Shown piece after piece: positions 10,342 through 21,999 of a stretch of DNA of 64,000 nucleotides. The DNA comes from an uncultured Alphaproteobacteria bacterium. Its GTDB lineage: Bacteria; Pseudomonadota; Alphaproteobacteria; VGEJ01. Positions within the stretch are counted from its first letter, which is position 1, and each line of letters starts with the position of its first letter. The position numbers and the translations under genes were made by a program. The stretch covers positions 138,793-202,792 of the forward strand of contig CAJWJK010000002.1 in assembly GCA_913041535.1 (NCBI GenBank), in the 5' to 3' direction. The notes beneath the pieces were generated by a model. That model saw nothing but the letters and a program-made list of their open reading frames with translations, was not told the origin of the DNA and ran no database searches.

Positions 10342-12080
10342 GTGAGCCTAGTCAGCAGTTTTCCATCGGCTATGAGAGTAGAATTCGAGTCTTTAGAAAA
10401 GGTACACCAATTAGGTCTAGTGGTGGAGGCCTGTTCAATCGACACACTATTTTGATTTTTGTTGGGGCGGTTTTATCGTCATTATTGTTAGAAGACGCGA
10501 ATGCATTCTCACGTGACATGCAAAAACCTTATTGGAAGCCGGTCGTTCATGCGATTCAGGCTGGGCCCATTCCCAGGGATCGTCCTGAAAGTCTTATTCG
10601 GAGCCTACCAAAGTATCATGGTCTCCGCGTCCTATCACCAAAAGATGCCGAGCGTTATAGAAAAATCTTTGATCTTCAGAGTAAGGGTAATTGGGAGTTA
10701 GCAGACCGTGAGATCACATGGCTTGACGATAAAGTGCTTGTGGGGCATCTGCAGTTTCAGCGTTATATGCATCCGCGGAAATATTGGTCCCGTTACGGCG
10801 AACTTCGCGATTGGCTCGAGGATTATGGTGATCATCCTGGTGCAAAGCGCGTGTATCGTCTTGCCATTAAACGCAAACCAAGTGGTGTAAGTCCGCCCGC
10901 CTGGTCTAAGCGATCTACCCGTGTAAAAGGGAATTCCGATATTGGTTGGAGCAAGACTAGAACCAAGCGATCACGAAGGGCTATACGGCAAGCCGCTGTT
11001 GACTGGAATAAAGGCCTTCTTTCATGGAAGGGTGGTGATTACGAACAAGCACTACTGCGATTTTCCGCCGTGGCGCATAACGGCCATGCTAGCGCTTGGA
11101 CGGCCGCTGCAGCGAGCTTCTGGGCTGCACGCGCTGCATTATCGTCTGGCAATCACAAAGAGGTCTTGCCGTATATGGAGCTCGCTTCATCATATCCGTT
11201 AACATTTTATGGCATCATTGCCGCAAGGTTATTGGGTCGGCCTCATGCGACAGGATGGGCGCAGAAGCCAGTGGATTGGGTCGTAGCTGAGCGTCTTAAA
11301 GATATTCCAGCTGTGCGACGTGCGGTGGCATTGACAGAGGCGGGACAGCCAGAAATTGCAGGGCGTGAGTTTCGCACTATTCTGCCAACCGTTGAGTTGG
11401 CTTTGCTTGACGACCTCTTAGCTGCAGCTGTCGAGCTAAAACTTGCACCTACCGCAATTTTTCTTAGTAAACTGGCGCCTTCTCCAACGTCTTCTCGTGC
11501 AAGGCGTGCCGCATTTCCTTTCCCATACTGGGAGCCCGATGGGGGTTTTAAACTTGATCGAGCCCTAATTTATGCGTTCATACGTCAAGAATCGGAATTT
11601 CGTATTCGCGCAAAAAGTCGGGCGGGTGCTCGTGGGTTGATGCAACTTATGCCAAGGACAGCGAGTTATGTTGCACGTGATCGTAGTTTACATGGCTCAA
11701 AACGTTACCGTCTATTCGATCCAGAATACAATATGTCTTTGGGCCAGAAGTACCTTGGGCAGCTTATTAGGGACCCTGACGTGGATGGAGATCTAATGCG
11801 GCTCGCGATAGCGTATAACGGAGGTCCAGGAAATCTTCGGAAGTGGTTGCGCCGACTGGACCATGAGGATGATTCGTTGTTATTTATCGAAACATTGCCT
11901 TCGGAGGAAACTCGAAACTTCGTTGAACGAGTTTTGGCCAACCTTTGGATTTACCGTATGCGTTTGGGTCAGGATATCCCATCTCTTGATAATGTTGCGA
12001 TAGGGGTAAAGCCGCGCTATGTAGCTTTGGACAGAAAAGGCTATAAGTTATTGCCGGCTGAACTAACGAGCGATAAATAG
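10338..12080 (+). CDS. Lytic murein transglycosylase (Slt family) with a secretion signal
   Basis: 580 aa with an N-terminal hydrophobic segment. The C-terminal SLT domain reads ESEFRIRAKSRAGARGLMQLMP...YNGGPG. Its ATG overlaps the UDG stop (ATGA). Confidence 0.75.
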   Translation: MSEPSQQFSIGYESRIRVFRKGTPIRSSGGGLFNRHTILIFVGAVLSSLLLEDANAFSRDMQKPYWKPVVHAIQAGPIPRDRPESLIRSLPKYHGLRVLSPKDAERYRKIFDLQSKGNWELADREITWLDDKVLVGHLQFQRYMHPRKYWSRYGELRDWLEDYGDHPGAKRVYRLAIKRKPSGVSPPAWSKRSTRVKGNSDIGWSKTRTKRSRRAIRQAAVDWNKGLLSWKGGDYEQALLRFSAVAHNGHASAWTAAAASFWAARAALSSGNHKEVLPYMELASSYPLTFYGIIAARLLGRPHATGWAQKPVDWVVAERLKDIPAVRRAVALTEAGQPEIAGREFRTILPTVELALLDDLLAAAVELKLAPTAIFLSKLAPSPTSSRARRAAFPFPYWEPDGGFKLDRALIYAFIRQESEFRIRAKSRAGARGLMQLMPRTASYVARDRSLHGSKRYRLFDPEYNMSLGQKYLGQLIRDPDVDGDLMRLAIAYNGGPGNLRKWLRRLDHEDDSLLFIETLPSEETRNFVERVLANLWIYRMRLGQDIPSLDNVAIGVKPRYVALDRKGYKLLPAELTSDK

Positions 12081-12090
12081 ATATGGAGGT

Positions 12091-12633
12091 GTGATGGCAG
12101 GTATTGATGAGAGTCGATCCTTTATTGGGGTGAATATAGCTATCCTTACTGTCTCCGACACGAGAGTTGAGGATGACGATCGGTCAGGCGCTGTGCTTGT
12201 TGGGCGATTGATCGAAGCTGGGCATACTCTCATGCATCGAGCTATTGTTGCTGATGAGGTTGATCTCATCGTATCTAAGTTGAAAGAATGGATTGGTAAT
12301 CCTGACATAGACGTTGTGATTGCCACAGGGGGCACTGGGCTTACCGGTCGCGACGTAACTCCAGAAGCATTCCATGCAGTATACGAAAAAGAGATTGTGG
12401 GCTTCGGTGAGGTTTTTCGGCATTTAAGCTACAACATTATTGGAACCTCAACGTTGCAGTCACGGGCAACGGCAGGTGTCGCAGGTGGAACATATCTTTT
12501 TGCTCTGCCCGGTTCTCCGGGAGCGTGTAAGGATGCTTGGGATCAAATCTTGAGTTACCAGCTGGATTATAGGTATCGACCATGTAATCTGGTCGAGATA
12601 ATGCCAAGACTAGACGAGCACCGCCGCCGCTGA
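12091..12633 (+). CDS. moaB: Molybdenum cofactor biosynthesis protein B (MoaB/MogA fold)
   Basis: 180 aa with ILTVSDTR...GGTG motifs. Confidence 0.8.
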   Translation: MMAGIDESRSFIGVNIAILTVSDTRVEDDDRSGAVLVGRLIEAGHTLMHRAIVADEVDLIVSKLKEWIGNPDIDVVIATGGTGLTGRDVTPEAFHAVYEKEIVGFGEVFRHLSYNIIGTSTLQSRATAGVAGGTYLFALPGSPGACKDAWDQILSYQLDYRYRPCNLVEIMPRLDEHRRR

Positions 12634-12689
12634 CTCGGCGCTTTGTTGATAAAAAGCCAATCCCAACTAATAGTCTGCAATGTTTCACC

Positions 12690-14144
12690 TTAAGTTACAT
12701 CGTTCTCTGTGCCACCTACCGTGAGTGAATCTACACATATTGTTGGAAGGCCAACTCCGACAGGAACGCCTTGGCCATTCTTTCCGCAAGTTCCTACCCC
12801 AGGATCGAGTTGCATGTCTGTTCCTACGGCGGAGACCTTGGTAAGAACGTCAGGTCCGTTACCGATGAGTGTCGCGCCCTTTACTGGTGGTCCTAATTTT
12901 CCATCACTAATGAGGTAGGCCTCTGTACATGAGAAGACAAATTTCCCACTTGTAATATCCACTTGGCCGCCACCAAAATTTACAGCATAGAGGCCACTGC
13001 TCACGTTCGAGATGATTTCATCTGGCGCTTGATCGCCAGCCAGCATGAAGGTGTTGGTCATCCTTGGCATCGGCGCATGTTGATATGATTGACGTCGGCC
13101 ATTACCAGTCGGGCGCATGCCCATTAACCGTGCGTTTAGTCGGTCCTGTAAATAACCAGTGAGAATACCATTTTCGATTAGAATGGTACGTTCAGTCGGT
13201 GTCCCTTCATCATCGATGCTAATAGAACCGCGCCTCCTCGGAAGCGTGCCGTCATCAACTACGGTCACACCCGGATTGGCAACCTTTTCTCCCAATAATC
13301 CAGAGAATGCAGATGTTTTTTTTCGGTTAAAATCGCCCTCTAATCCATGGCCAATAGCCTCATGTAGAAGTATGCCTGGCCATCCTGGCCCCAGAACGAC
13401 AGTGGTTTCTCCAGCTGGCGCGGGAACTGAGTCCAGATTTATCAATGCCTGACGTAACGCTTCATCAGCTTGGCTTTGCCATGCAGTTGGATTAATGAAT
13501 GGTGCATAGCCTTCGCGACTGCCCACCCCGTGTGAGCCACTTTCTAAGCGCTCTCCATCAGATGCCACTACACTAATATTGAGCCGAACGAGCGGCCGTA
13601 CATCATTAATTTCTACCCCGTCAGTGCGAAAAATTTTAACGACCTGCCACTCTCCAAGTAGAGATACTGAAACCTGGCGTACACGAGAATCCTTTGATCG
13701 CGCATAGGCGTCGATCTCTGCAAGCAATTGAATTTTGGCATCGAACTCTGGTGATTCCAGTGGGTTGGTATCATCATATAGTGCCTGGTTGGTGCGACGG
13801 GGTGCCAGGTCTTTTTTCCCTTTGTGCCCTGCTTTAATTGCTTGTACTGCTGCTGCGGCACGTTGGATCGCGTCCATACTTAACTCTGATGAGTGTGCAT
13901 AGCCGGTAGATTGACCTGTGAGTGCTCGCAAGCCAAAGCCTTGGCATGTGTCATAACTAGCACTCTTTAAGTGTCCATCGTCAAAGTTGATTCCTTCGGA
14001 GAGACGGTATTCCATAAACATTTCACCGTCGTCCAAGCCATGTAACGCCTCATCAATAGTTCTATGCAGCTTAGTTTTGTCGAGCTCGTGATTTTCCAAT
14101 AGCAGCTTGTCGACCATTGCAGAGTTAGGCATGCCAGTCCTCAT
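12690..14144 (-). CDS. tldD: Metalloprotease TldD
   Basis: 484 aa. LHEAIGHGLEGDF is the TldD HExxxH variant. The overall length and the glycine-rich C-terminus also fit. Confidence 0.9.
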   Translation of the reverse strand: MRTGMPNSAMVDKLLLENHELDKTKLHRTIDEALHGLDDGEMFMEYRLSEGINFDDGHLKSASYDTCQGFGLRALTGQSTGYAHSSELSMDAIQRAAAAVQAIKAGHKGKKDLAPRRTNQALYDDTNPLESPEFDAKIQLLAEIDAYARSKDSRVRQVSVSLLGEWQVVKIFRTDGVEINDVRPLVRLNISVVASDGERLESGSHGVGSREGYAPFINPTAWQSQADEALRQALINLDSVPAPAGETTVVLGPGWPGILLHEAIGHGLEGDFNRKKTSAFSGLLGEKVANPGVTVVDDGTLPRRRGSISIDDEGTPTERTILIENGILTGYLQDRLNARLMGMRPTGNGRRQSYQHAPMPRMTNTFMLAGDQAPDEIISNVSSGLYAVNFGGGQVDITSGKFVFSCTEAYLISDGKLGPPVKGATLIGNGPDVLTKVSAVGTDMQLDPGVGTCGKNGQGVPVGVGLPTICVDSLTVGGTENDVT

Positions 14145-14395
14145 GCTTCTTTTTCATCTAGGCAAGAATACGCTGGTCCAAACGGAGCGCAAACAGTTAG
14201 ATTATTAGTGTCCAAGTTATATGATCTACATCGGGAAGCATTTCGATTGGAATTTCAAGGTCTGCTGTTGTAGGTTTCTGCTCAAGTGCAGCATCGGTTA
14301 AATAAGTCGGTCGGCATTGTTCTTTTCGGTTCTTTTGTTTCAGAGGCTGTTTGCTTCTGAAACAAGAGATGAACAAATTAGGAAGGGTGATTAAA

Positions 14396-15241
14396 ATGTG
14401 GCGGTGGCGGATTCTTGGAGTTCTGATGATAAGCCAAGTAATGTCGGGACCTGTTCTTGCGGGACAGCCTACTCCATGGCAAATCGGTTTTCAGGATGCG
14501 GCTTCCCCTGTGATGGAGCGTATTGACAGTTTTCACGATATATTGATGTGGGTGATTACGGTAATCACTCTCTTTGTTCTTGTTCTATTGGCAATTGTGG
14601 TTATTCGTTTCAATTCGCGAGCAAATCCTACGCCCACGCGGACAACTCACAACTCGTTACTAGAAGTTATATGGACCGTGGTTCCTGTAGTCATACTGGT
14701 CTTAATTGCGATTCCATCATTCAAGCTGTTGTACTACATGGATCGAACTGACGAGGCCGAAATGACCCTTAAGGCGATTGGCCATCAGTGGTATTGGAGT
14801 TATGAGTATCCAGATCATGGGGAATTTGCGTTTGATTCTATCATGATTGAGGATGAAGACCTTAAGGAAGGGCAGGTGCGCCTTTTAGAAACTGATACGC
14901 GAGTGGTTTTGCCAGTTGACACTAATATTAGGCTTTTAGTTACAGCTGACGACGTGATTCATGCTTGGGCAATTCCAGCGTTTGGCGTCAAGTTGGATGC
15001 TGTCCCGGGTCGGCTCAATGAGACATGGATGAGGGTTGATAAGGAAGGAACATATTATGGACAATGTTCTGAATTGTGTGGAGTAAACCATGGTTTTATG
15101 CCGATTGCGGTCGAGGTCGTTTCGAAGGAGGCTTTTGCATCATGGATAAGGAAGGCAAAACGTGAATTTTCTGGAACTGGCGAAAGATTGTTACCAGATT
15201 CGCCAACGCAGTTAGTTGCAATGGAGATCAGATCTGAGTAA
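14396..15241 (+). CDS. ctaC: Cytochrome c oxidase subunit II
   Basis: It has the CuA-site motifs (H...C.ELCG..H..M) and IGHQWYWSYEYPD. I chose the ATG at 14396 because it is preceded by GGAAGGG. Alternative starts are TTG at 14351 (ORF track) and ATG at 14369. Confidence 0.88.
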   Translation: MWRWRILGVLMISQVMSGPVLAGQPTPWQIGFQDAASPVMERIDSFHDILMWVITVITLFVLVLLAIVVIRFNSRANPTPTRTTHNSLLEVIWTVVPVVILVLIAIPSFKLLYYMDRTDEAEMTLKAIGHQWYWSYEYPDHGEFAFDSIMIEDEDLKEGQVRLLETDTRVVLPVDTNIRLLVTADDVIHAWAIPAFGVKLDAVPGRLNETWMRVDKEGTYYGQCSELCGVNHGFMPIAVEVVSKEAFASWIRKAKREFSGTGERLLPDSPTQLVAMEIRSE

Positions 15242-16885
<1,644 letters not shown>

Positions 16886-16909
16886 CGGATTGCGGGTGGA
16901 GCGGTACTA

Positions 16910-17833
16910 TTGACTGAAATACTGGCAGGTTTAGACCACGGCCGCGTTGTGCGCCAAGACGTTACAGCAGTGGGCGATTATATCGCGTTGTTAAAACCCA
17001 GGGTAATGTCACTGGTGGTATTCACTGGATTAGTTGGGATGATATTAGCTCCTACTAGCCTGCATCCAGTGATTGGCCTTGCAGCAATACTGTGTATTGC
17101 TATCGGTGCCGGAGCCTCTGGAGCAATCAACATGTGGTTCGACGCTGATATTGACGCAGGTATGGTTCGTACGAAAGAGAGACCTGTACCTGCTGGGCGT
17201 ATTGCGCCGGGAGAGGCGTTGGCATTTGGTGCAACGCTTGCTGTTGGTTCTGTTCTCATGATGGGCCTTTTGGTCAATATAGCGTCGGCTTTTCTTTTAG
17301 CCATTACTATAAGTTTCTATATCTTTGTGTATACCATGTGGCTTAAGCGCAGGACGCCACAGAACATAGTGATTGGTGGTGCTGCTGGCGCTCTTCCTCC
17401 AGTCATCGGTTGGGTTTCAGCGGGAGGAGGGATCGATCTCTTTCCGTTATTACTTTTCGCTATTGTTTTCCTCTGGACCCCAGCACATTTCTGGGCTTTG
17501 GCTTTGTATAGTAGGACGGATTACGAAAGAGTCGGTGTGCCAATGCTCCCGGTGGTAGCAGGAGAAGCTACGACGCGTCGTCAGATAGTTGTTTATTCTG
17601 TGATCTACGCCATTGCTACGATTTTACCGTGGGCACTGGGCATGGCTGGGCCCTTGTATGGTGGAGTTGCACTCGTTCTAGGCTTTGTGTTTGTGATGGG
17701 CGCTATGCTTTTGTGGCTAAGGCCATCAATTCGAACTGCTCGGCATTTGTTTAGCCTTTCAATTGTCAGCTTGTCTCTAATTTTTCTGGCACTGTTAGTC
17801 GATCGATATCTACAGCCTGCCACCATTTTGTAA
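16910..17833 (+). CDS. ctaB: Protoheme IX farnesyltransferase (heme O synthase)
   Basis: 307 aa UbiA-family polytopic protein with YIALLKPRV...[12 protein letters not shown] motifs. Confidence 0.9.
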   Translation: MTEILAGLDHGRVVRQDVTAVGDYIALLKPRVMSLVVFTGLVGMILAPTSLHPVIGLAAILCIAIGAGASGAINMWFDADIDAGMVRTKERPVPAGRIAPGEALAFGATLAVGSVLMMGLLVNIASAFLLAITISFYIFVYTMWLKRRTPQNIVIGGAAGALPPVIGWVSAGGGIDLFPLLLFAIVFLWTPAHFWALALYSRTDYERVGVPMLPVVAGEATTRRQIVVYSVIYAIATILPWALGMAGPLYGGVALVLGFVFVMGAMLLWLRPSIRTARHLFSLSIVSLSLIFLALLVDRYLQPATIL

Positions 17834-17853
17834 TTGGGTCTTATGAGAAGCAA

Positions 17854-17982
17854 ATGAGCGACCAGAATATAGATGAGAATGCGCGTCGGAGACGCGTTCG
17901 CAACTACGTACTTGCGGGTGTTTTGTGTGCAATTGTTGTACTGTTGTTTATTGTAACGCTAGCAAAGCTTCAGGGACCTTGA
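17854..17982 (+). CDS. Small single-pass membrane protein (43 aa), CoxF-like
   Basis: The ORF is MSDQNIDENARRRRVRNYVLAGVLCAIVVLLFIVTLAKLQGP. It is not in the ORF track because it is under 60 aa. Its TGA overlaps the ctaG ATG (TGATG). Its position between ctaB and ctaG matches the small coxF gene of rhizobial cox clusters. Confidence 0.45.
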   Translation: MSDQNIDENARRRRVRNYVLAGVLCAIVVLLFIVTLAKLQGP

Positions 17983-18578
17983 TGAATAACGGTGCTTCAG
18001 TTAGTCGGCGTAATCAGCTAACAGCTTTGTTGCTGCTATTGGTGGCTTCTAGCATGGTAGGGATGGCATTTGCATCTGTTCCTCTCTATAGACTTTTTTG
18101 TCAGGTCACTGGCTACGGTGGAACAACGCAGATAGCGGATACGGCGCCATCTATGTCTCTTGATCGCGCAATTACGGTGCGCTTTAACGCTGATGTGGGG
18201 AGAGATCTGCCATGGACTTTGCGCCCCGCCCAAGGAGCTCTGGAAGCTCGGGTAGGAGAGGCCATGATAGCGTTCTATCGAGCCACAAATGAGACTAATA
18301 AAACTATAACAGGGCACGCGGTGTTCAATGTTACGCCACTAAAGGCGGGTCGATATTTTAGTAAGATCGATTGTTTTTGCTTTGAGGAGCAAGTCTTGGG
18401 CCCAGGCCAGAGTGTAGATTTGCCGGTAAGCTTTTTTATAGATCCAGAGATTGCTAACGACCCACATTTCCACGATGTTGGCACGATTACGCTATCGTAT
18501 ACTTTTTTTCGTAGCACTGAAGAGGGCTTGACCATTGAGGAAAGCCGCAATTCAGTCGCTCTAGTAGCTGGGAGTTAA
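17982..18578 (+). CDS. ctaG: Cytochrome c oxidase assembly protein CtaG/Cox11 (CuB insertion)
   Basis: An N-terminal transmembrane helix is followed by the Cox11 domain (LYRLFCQVTGYGGT...CFCFEEQ). The start is taken at the ATG at 17982 (MNNGAS...) rather than the upstream TTG of the ORF track. Confidence 0.88.
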   Translation: MNNGASVSRRNQLTALLLLLVASSMVGMAFASVPLYRLFCQVTGYGGTTQIADTAPSMSLDRAITVRFNADVGRDLPWTLRPAQGALEARVGEAMIAFYRATNETNKTITGHAVFNVTPLKAGRYFSKIDCFCFEEQVLGPGQSVDLPVSFFIDPEIANDPHFHDVGTITLSYTFFRSTEEGLTIEESRNSVALVAGS

Positions 18579-18581
18579 GTC

Positions 18582-19394
18582 ATGGCTGAGGCGCATACTA
18601 AAGATCACGAATATCACATGGTAGAGCCAAGCGCTTGGCCAGCTTTAGGCGCTTTATCTGCCGGCGTTACAGCTGTGGGTGCCATCTTGTTTATGCAAGA
18701 TGTGACCGTCTGGGTTATGCTAGTGGGTCTAATATTAGTATTTTACACCATGTTTGTCTGGTGGCGCGATGTGGTGCGTGAAGCTGAGATCAGCGGTGAC
18801 CACACTCCAGTAGTGCAGCTTGGTTTGCGCTATGGAATGGTTCTTTTTATTGCATCGGAGGTGATGTTCTTCGTTGCATGGTTTTGGGCATACTTTAATG
18901 CCAGTCTGTTCCCAACGTTGGAAATGGGAGGTATTTGGCCTCCGGAGGGCATTGTTACCTTTGACGCTTGGGATCTACCTTTTCTGAACACTCTTATTTT
19001 GTTGGCCTCGGGAACAACGGTTACTTGGGCACATCATGCACTACGCGAGGGTAACAGACGTGGTCTCATTCTTGGGCTATGGTTTACTATTATTCTTGGA
19101 GTGTGTTTTACATGTGTACAAGCCTACGAATATGCTCATGCTGTCTTCTCGTTTACGGGTGGTATTTACGGCTCGACTTTCTACATGGCGACTGGATTTC
19201 ACGGATTTCATGTTTTAGTGGGCACCATTTTTCTGATTGTATGCCTGGTAAGAGCTTATGCTGGGCACTTTAAGCCGGATCAGCATTTTGGTTTTGAAGC
19301 AGCTGCCTGGTATTGGCACTTTGTTGATGTCGTGTGGATATTTCTGTTCTGCTCAATCTACTGGTGGGGTTCTGGTGTGCCTATGGCTCACTAG
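18582..19394 (+). CDS. ctaE: Cytochrome c oxidase subunit III
   Basis: 270 aa with seven transmembrane helices and typical COX3 motifs ([12 protein letters not shown].....[16 protein letters not shown]). Confidence 0.95.
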   Translation: MAEAHTKDHEYHMVEPSAWPALGALSAGVTAVGAILFMQDVTVWVMLVGLILVFYTMFVWWRDVVREAEISGDHTPVVQLGLRYGMVLFIASEVMFFVAWFWAYFNASLFPTLEMGGIWPPEGIVTFDAWDLPFLNTLILLASGTTVTWAHHALREGNRRGLILGLWFTIILGVCFTCVQAYEYAHAVFSFTGGIYGSTFYMATGFHGFHVLVGTIFLIVCLVRAYAGHFKPDQHFGFEAAAWYWHFVDVVWIFLFCSIYWWGSGVPMAH

Positions 19395-19414
19395 AGCAAC
19401 GCATTGAATATTAG

Positions 19415-19777
19415 GAAGGCTCCGGAAAACACACCATTTTTTCTGGTTTAAAGTGTCTCTGTCCACGCTGTGGCAGAGGCGGTCTTTTCGCCAGGTTTCT
19501 AGCGATTGCTCGGCAATATAGTAACTGTAATCCTGGCTTTCGTGATGCCGGGAGTGGCGATGGTCTTACCGTATTTGTAGCTCTTAGTTTAGGAATCATT
19601 ATTGTGGGTAGCGCTTTATTGTTGGAAGTGCACGTTGGGCTCTCTTTGTGGGCGCATTTACTCATGTGGGCTCCGTCGGCACTAGTGGGGGCTTTGCTTC
19701 TATTAAGTCCATGCAATGGACTGCTGATTGCGTTGCAGTACCGTTACCGAGACGGATTGGACAGGGATGTCGATTGA
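19415..19777 (+). CDS. DUF983-family small membrane protein with an unresolved start codon
   Basis: The open frame encodes ...GLKCLCPRCGRGGLFARFL...GDGLTVFVALSLGIIIVG..., the CPRCG zinc-ribbon-like N-terminus plus two transmembrane segments. DUF983 proteins sit between ctaE and surf1 in alphaproteobacteria. No ATG, GTG or TTG lies in this frame upstream of the motif. See the finding on the T6 homopolymer. Confidence 0.5.
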   Translation, partial: EGSGKHTIFSGLKCLCPRCGRGGLFARFLAIARQYSNCNPGFRDAGSGDGLTVFVALSLGIIIVGSALLLEVHVGLSLWAHLLMWAPSALVGALLLLSPCNGLLIALQYRYRDGLDRDVD

Positions 19778-20495
19778 AATATCAAGTGGGCGTAGCCCAT
19801 TTCATACAATTTCTAAAGTTTTAGTGTTTGGTGCTTTTTTAGTGCTCGTTAGCTTAGGCACTTGGCAGTTGCATAGATTATCATGGAAGGAAGACTTGAT
19901 TGATAAGATGGAAAAGAACCTTGAGTTACCATCTGTTCAATTACCGGTCGATTTGAAAACGCTCACTGAATTTGACTTCCGAAATGTTTATGCTCGAGGG
20001 GTCTTTGATCACGAGCAAGAGCTATATCTTGTACCGCGTATGTTGGGGGGGGAGACCGGCGTGCACGTGTTAACACCGTATGCTTTAGATGGCGGTCTGC
20101 ATGTTTTAGTTAATCGAGGGTGGGTTCCTAGTTCTCTGGTGCAGCCGGAAAGTCGCAGCAACGGATTGGTGGGAGGAAGACTCTATCTGGAAGGCATCGT
20201 GAGGATACCTAAACCGGCCACCCGGTTTACTCCGGATAACGAGCCATCGAACAATGCTTGGTATTGGATTGACCTTCCCGAAATGTCCAAGGCAATAAAT
20301 ATCCCTCTTTTACCTATTGTTATTGAAGCAGGGAATCAGCCGAATCCTGGGGGATGGCCTGTTGGCGGGCAGACTCGACTGACCGTACCCAATCATCACT
20401 TCGGTTATGCATTAACTTGGTATGCCCTTGCCTTTGCATTGGTTGTGATTGTTGTGGTGTATCGCTTACGCAGAAACAGGTCTGTTAATGACTAG
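19767..20495 (+). CDS. surf1: SURF1 family cytochrome oxidase assembly protein
   Basis: It has an N-terminal transmembrane helix (VLVFGAFLVLVSLGTWQLHRLSWK), the conserved GxWQxxR motif and a C-terminal transmembrane helix. I chose the ATG at 19767 (MSIEISSG...). The ORF-track start at 19728 would extend the overlap with DUF983. Confidence 0.8.
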   Translation: MSIEISSGRSPFHTISKVLVFGAFLVLVSLGTWQLHRLSWKEDLIDKMEKNLELPSVQLPVDLKTLTEFDFRNVYARGVFDHEQELYLVPRMLGGETGVHVLTPYALDGGLHVLVNRGWVPSSLVQPESRSNGLVGGRLYLEGIVRIPKPATRFTPDNEPSNNAWYWIDLPEMSKAINIPLLPIVIEAGNQPNPGGWPVGGQTRLTVPNHHFGYALTWYALAFALVVIVVVYRLRRNRSVND

Positions 20496-21978
20496 CGATG
20501 CCTACAATGAGTTAGAAAAACACTTTCAGCGCATTGCAAATTTGGAATCTGCAAAGGCAATACTACATTGGGATAGTGCAACCAAGATGCCAGTTGGTGG
20601 AGCCATGGCTAGAATCGAGCAGCTTGCTACGCTCGATGGTGTAATTCACAGTTTGATAACGGATCCAGATATCGGAGAGTTGATTGATAAGGCAAAAGGT
20701 AAAGATATAGATTCATGGAGCACTCGGAATCTTGAATTGATGGAACAACGCTGGCAACGTGCAAGTGCTGTTCCAGCAGGACTTGTTGAGGCATATACAC
20801 GCGCGTGCGTTTCTTGTGAGGCCTGCTGGCGGTATGCGCGTGATCGAAATGATTATTCTGTTTTGGTACCGTTGTTGACTGAGGTGGTTACTCTCACTCG
20901 TGAAAGAGCTTGTGCGCTGTCCGATGCACTTGATCTCATGCCGTATGATGCTCTTCTAGACGAGCATGACCCTGGCTGTCGCGTGAAAGAGTTAGACAAG
21001 CTATTTTCCGAGTTGCAAAATTTTCTGCCATCTCTGACTAACGAGGCGATGTCTAGGCAAGAGAAACAGGAAAAGCCCCGTCATGAGCGCGCTCGCTTTC
21101 CGGTGAAATATCAACAGCGTGTGGCCAAACTCCTGATGTTGCAATTGGGGCTTGAGGATAATCACAGTCGACTTGATGTTAGTCACCATCCTTTCTCCGG
21201 AGGCGTTCCCGATGACGTCCGTATTACGACGCGTTATAACGAAGACAATATGGCACAAGGGTTACTGGGTGTCTTGCATGAAACAGGACATGCTCTCTAC
21301 GAGAGAGGTCTGCCGAAGGATTGGCGTGGGCAGCCTGTCGGCGAGGCTCACGGAATGGCAGTTCACGAAAGTCAGTCGCTCTTGATTGAAATGCAAGTAT
21401 CACGTAGCCAGCCGTTTCTAACCTTTTTGACCACCAAACTTCAAAGTCTTTTTGGCGATGCTGATTTTTTGCAAGGAGTTCAAGATTTATCGTGTCTATG
21501 GACGTGGGTAGAGCCTGGCCTTATTCGTGTTGATGCGGATGAGGTTACATACCCATCGCATATTATTCTGCGATATGAGCTTGAGAGACAACTGATTGAC
21601 GGACATCTTGACCCGATTGACCTTCCTGAGGCTTGGTCAGTGGGTATGGGTAAGTATCTCGGCATAGTGCCTTTAGATGATAGGGATGGATGCATGCAGG
21701 ACATTCACTGGTATACCGGGGAGTTTGGCTATTTTCCATCTTATACAGTTGGTGCCGTAGCCGCGGCTCAATTCTTTGCAGCAGCAACAGGCCAAATGCC
21801 GCAGATGGACGAGAATATTGAATGCGGGGATTTTAGTCTTTTGCTCTCGTGGCTGCGGTGTAACATCCATAGTTGCGGATCGCGATATAGCCGAGATCAG
21901 TTGTTGCGTCGTGCCACGGGCCGGGAGCTGGAGACTTTTGACTTTGAACGACATCTACGAAAGCGATATCTTGATTAG
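20488..21978 (+). CDS. M32 carboxypeptidase (carboxypeptidase Taq family)
   Basis: HETGHALYE (HExxH), HESQS and the DxRxT/IRVxADE motifs match family M32. The ATG at 20488 overlaps the surf1 stop. Confidence 0.85.
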   Translation: MTSDAYNELEKHFQRIANLESAKAILHWDSATKMPVGGAMARIEQLATLDGVIHSLITDPDIGELIDKAKGKDIDSWSTRNLELMEQRWQRASAVPAGLVEAYTRACVSCEACWRYARDRNDYSVLVPLLTEVVTLTRERACALSDALDLMPYDALLDEHDPGCRVKELDKLFSELQNFLPSLTNEAMSRQEKQEKPRHERARFPVKYQQRVAKLLMLQLGLEDNHSRLDVSHHPFSGGVPDDVRITTRYNEDNMAQGLLGVLHETGHALYERGLPKDWRGQPVGEAHGMAVHESQSLLIEMQVSRSQPFLTFLTTKLQSLFGDADFLQGVQDLSCLWTWVEPGLIRVDADEVTYPSHIILRYELERQLIDGHLDPIDLPEAWSVGMGKYLGIVPLDDRDGCMQDIHWYTGEFGYFPSYTVGAVAAAQFFAAATGQMPQMDENIECGDFSLLLSWLRCNIHSCGSRYSRDQLLRRATGRELETFDFERHLRKRYLD

Positions 21979-21999
21979 CGAACTGATTGAAATACATGG

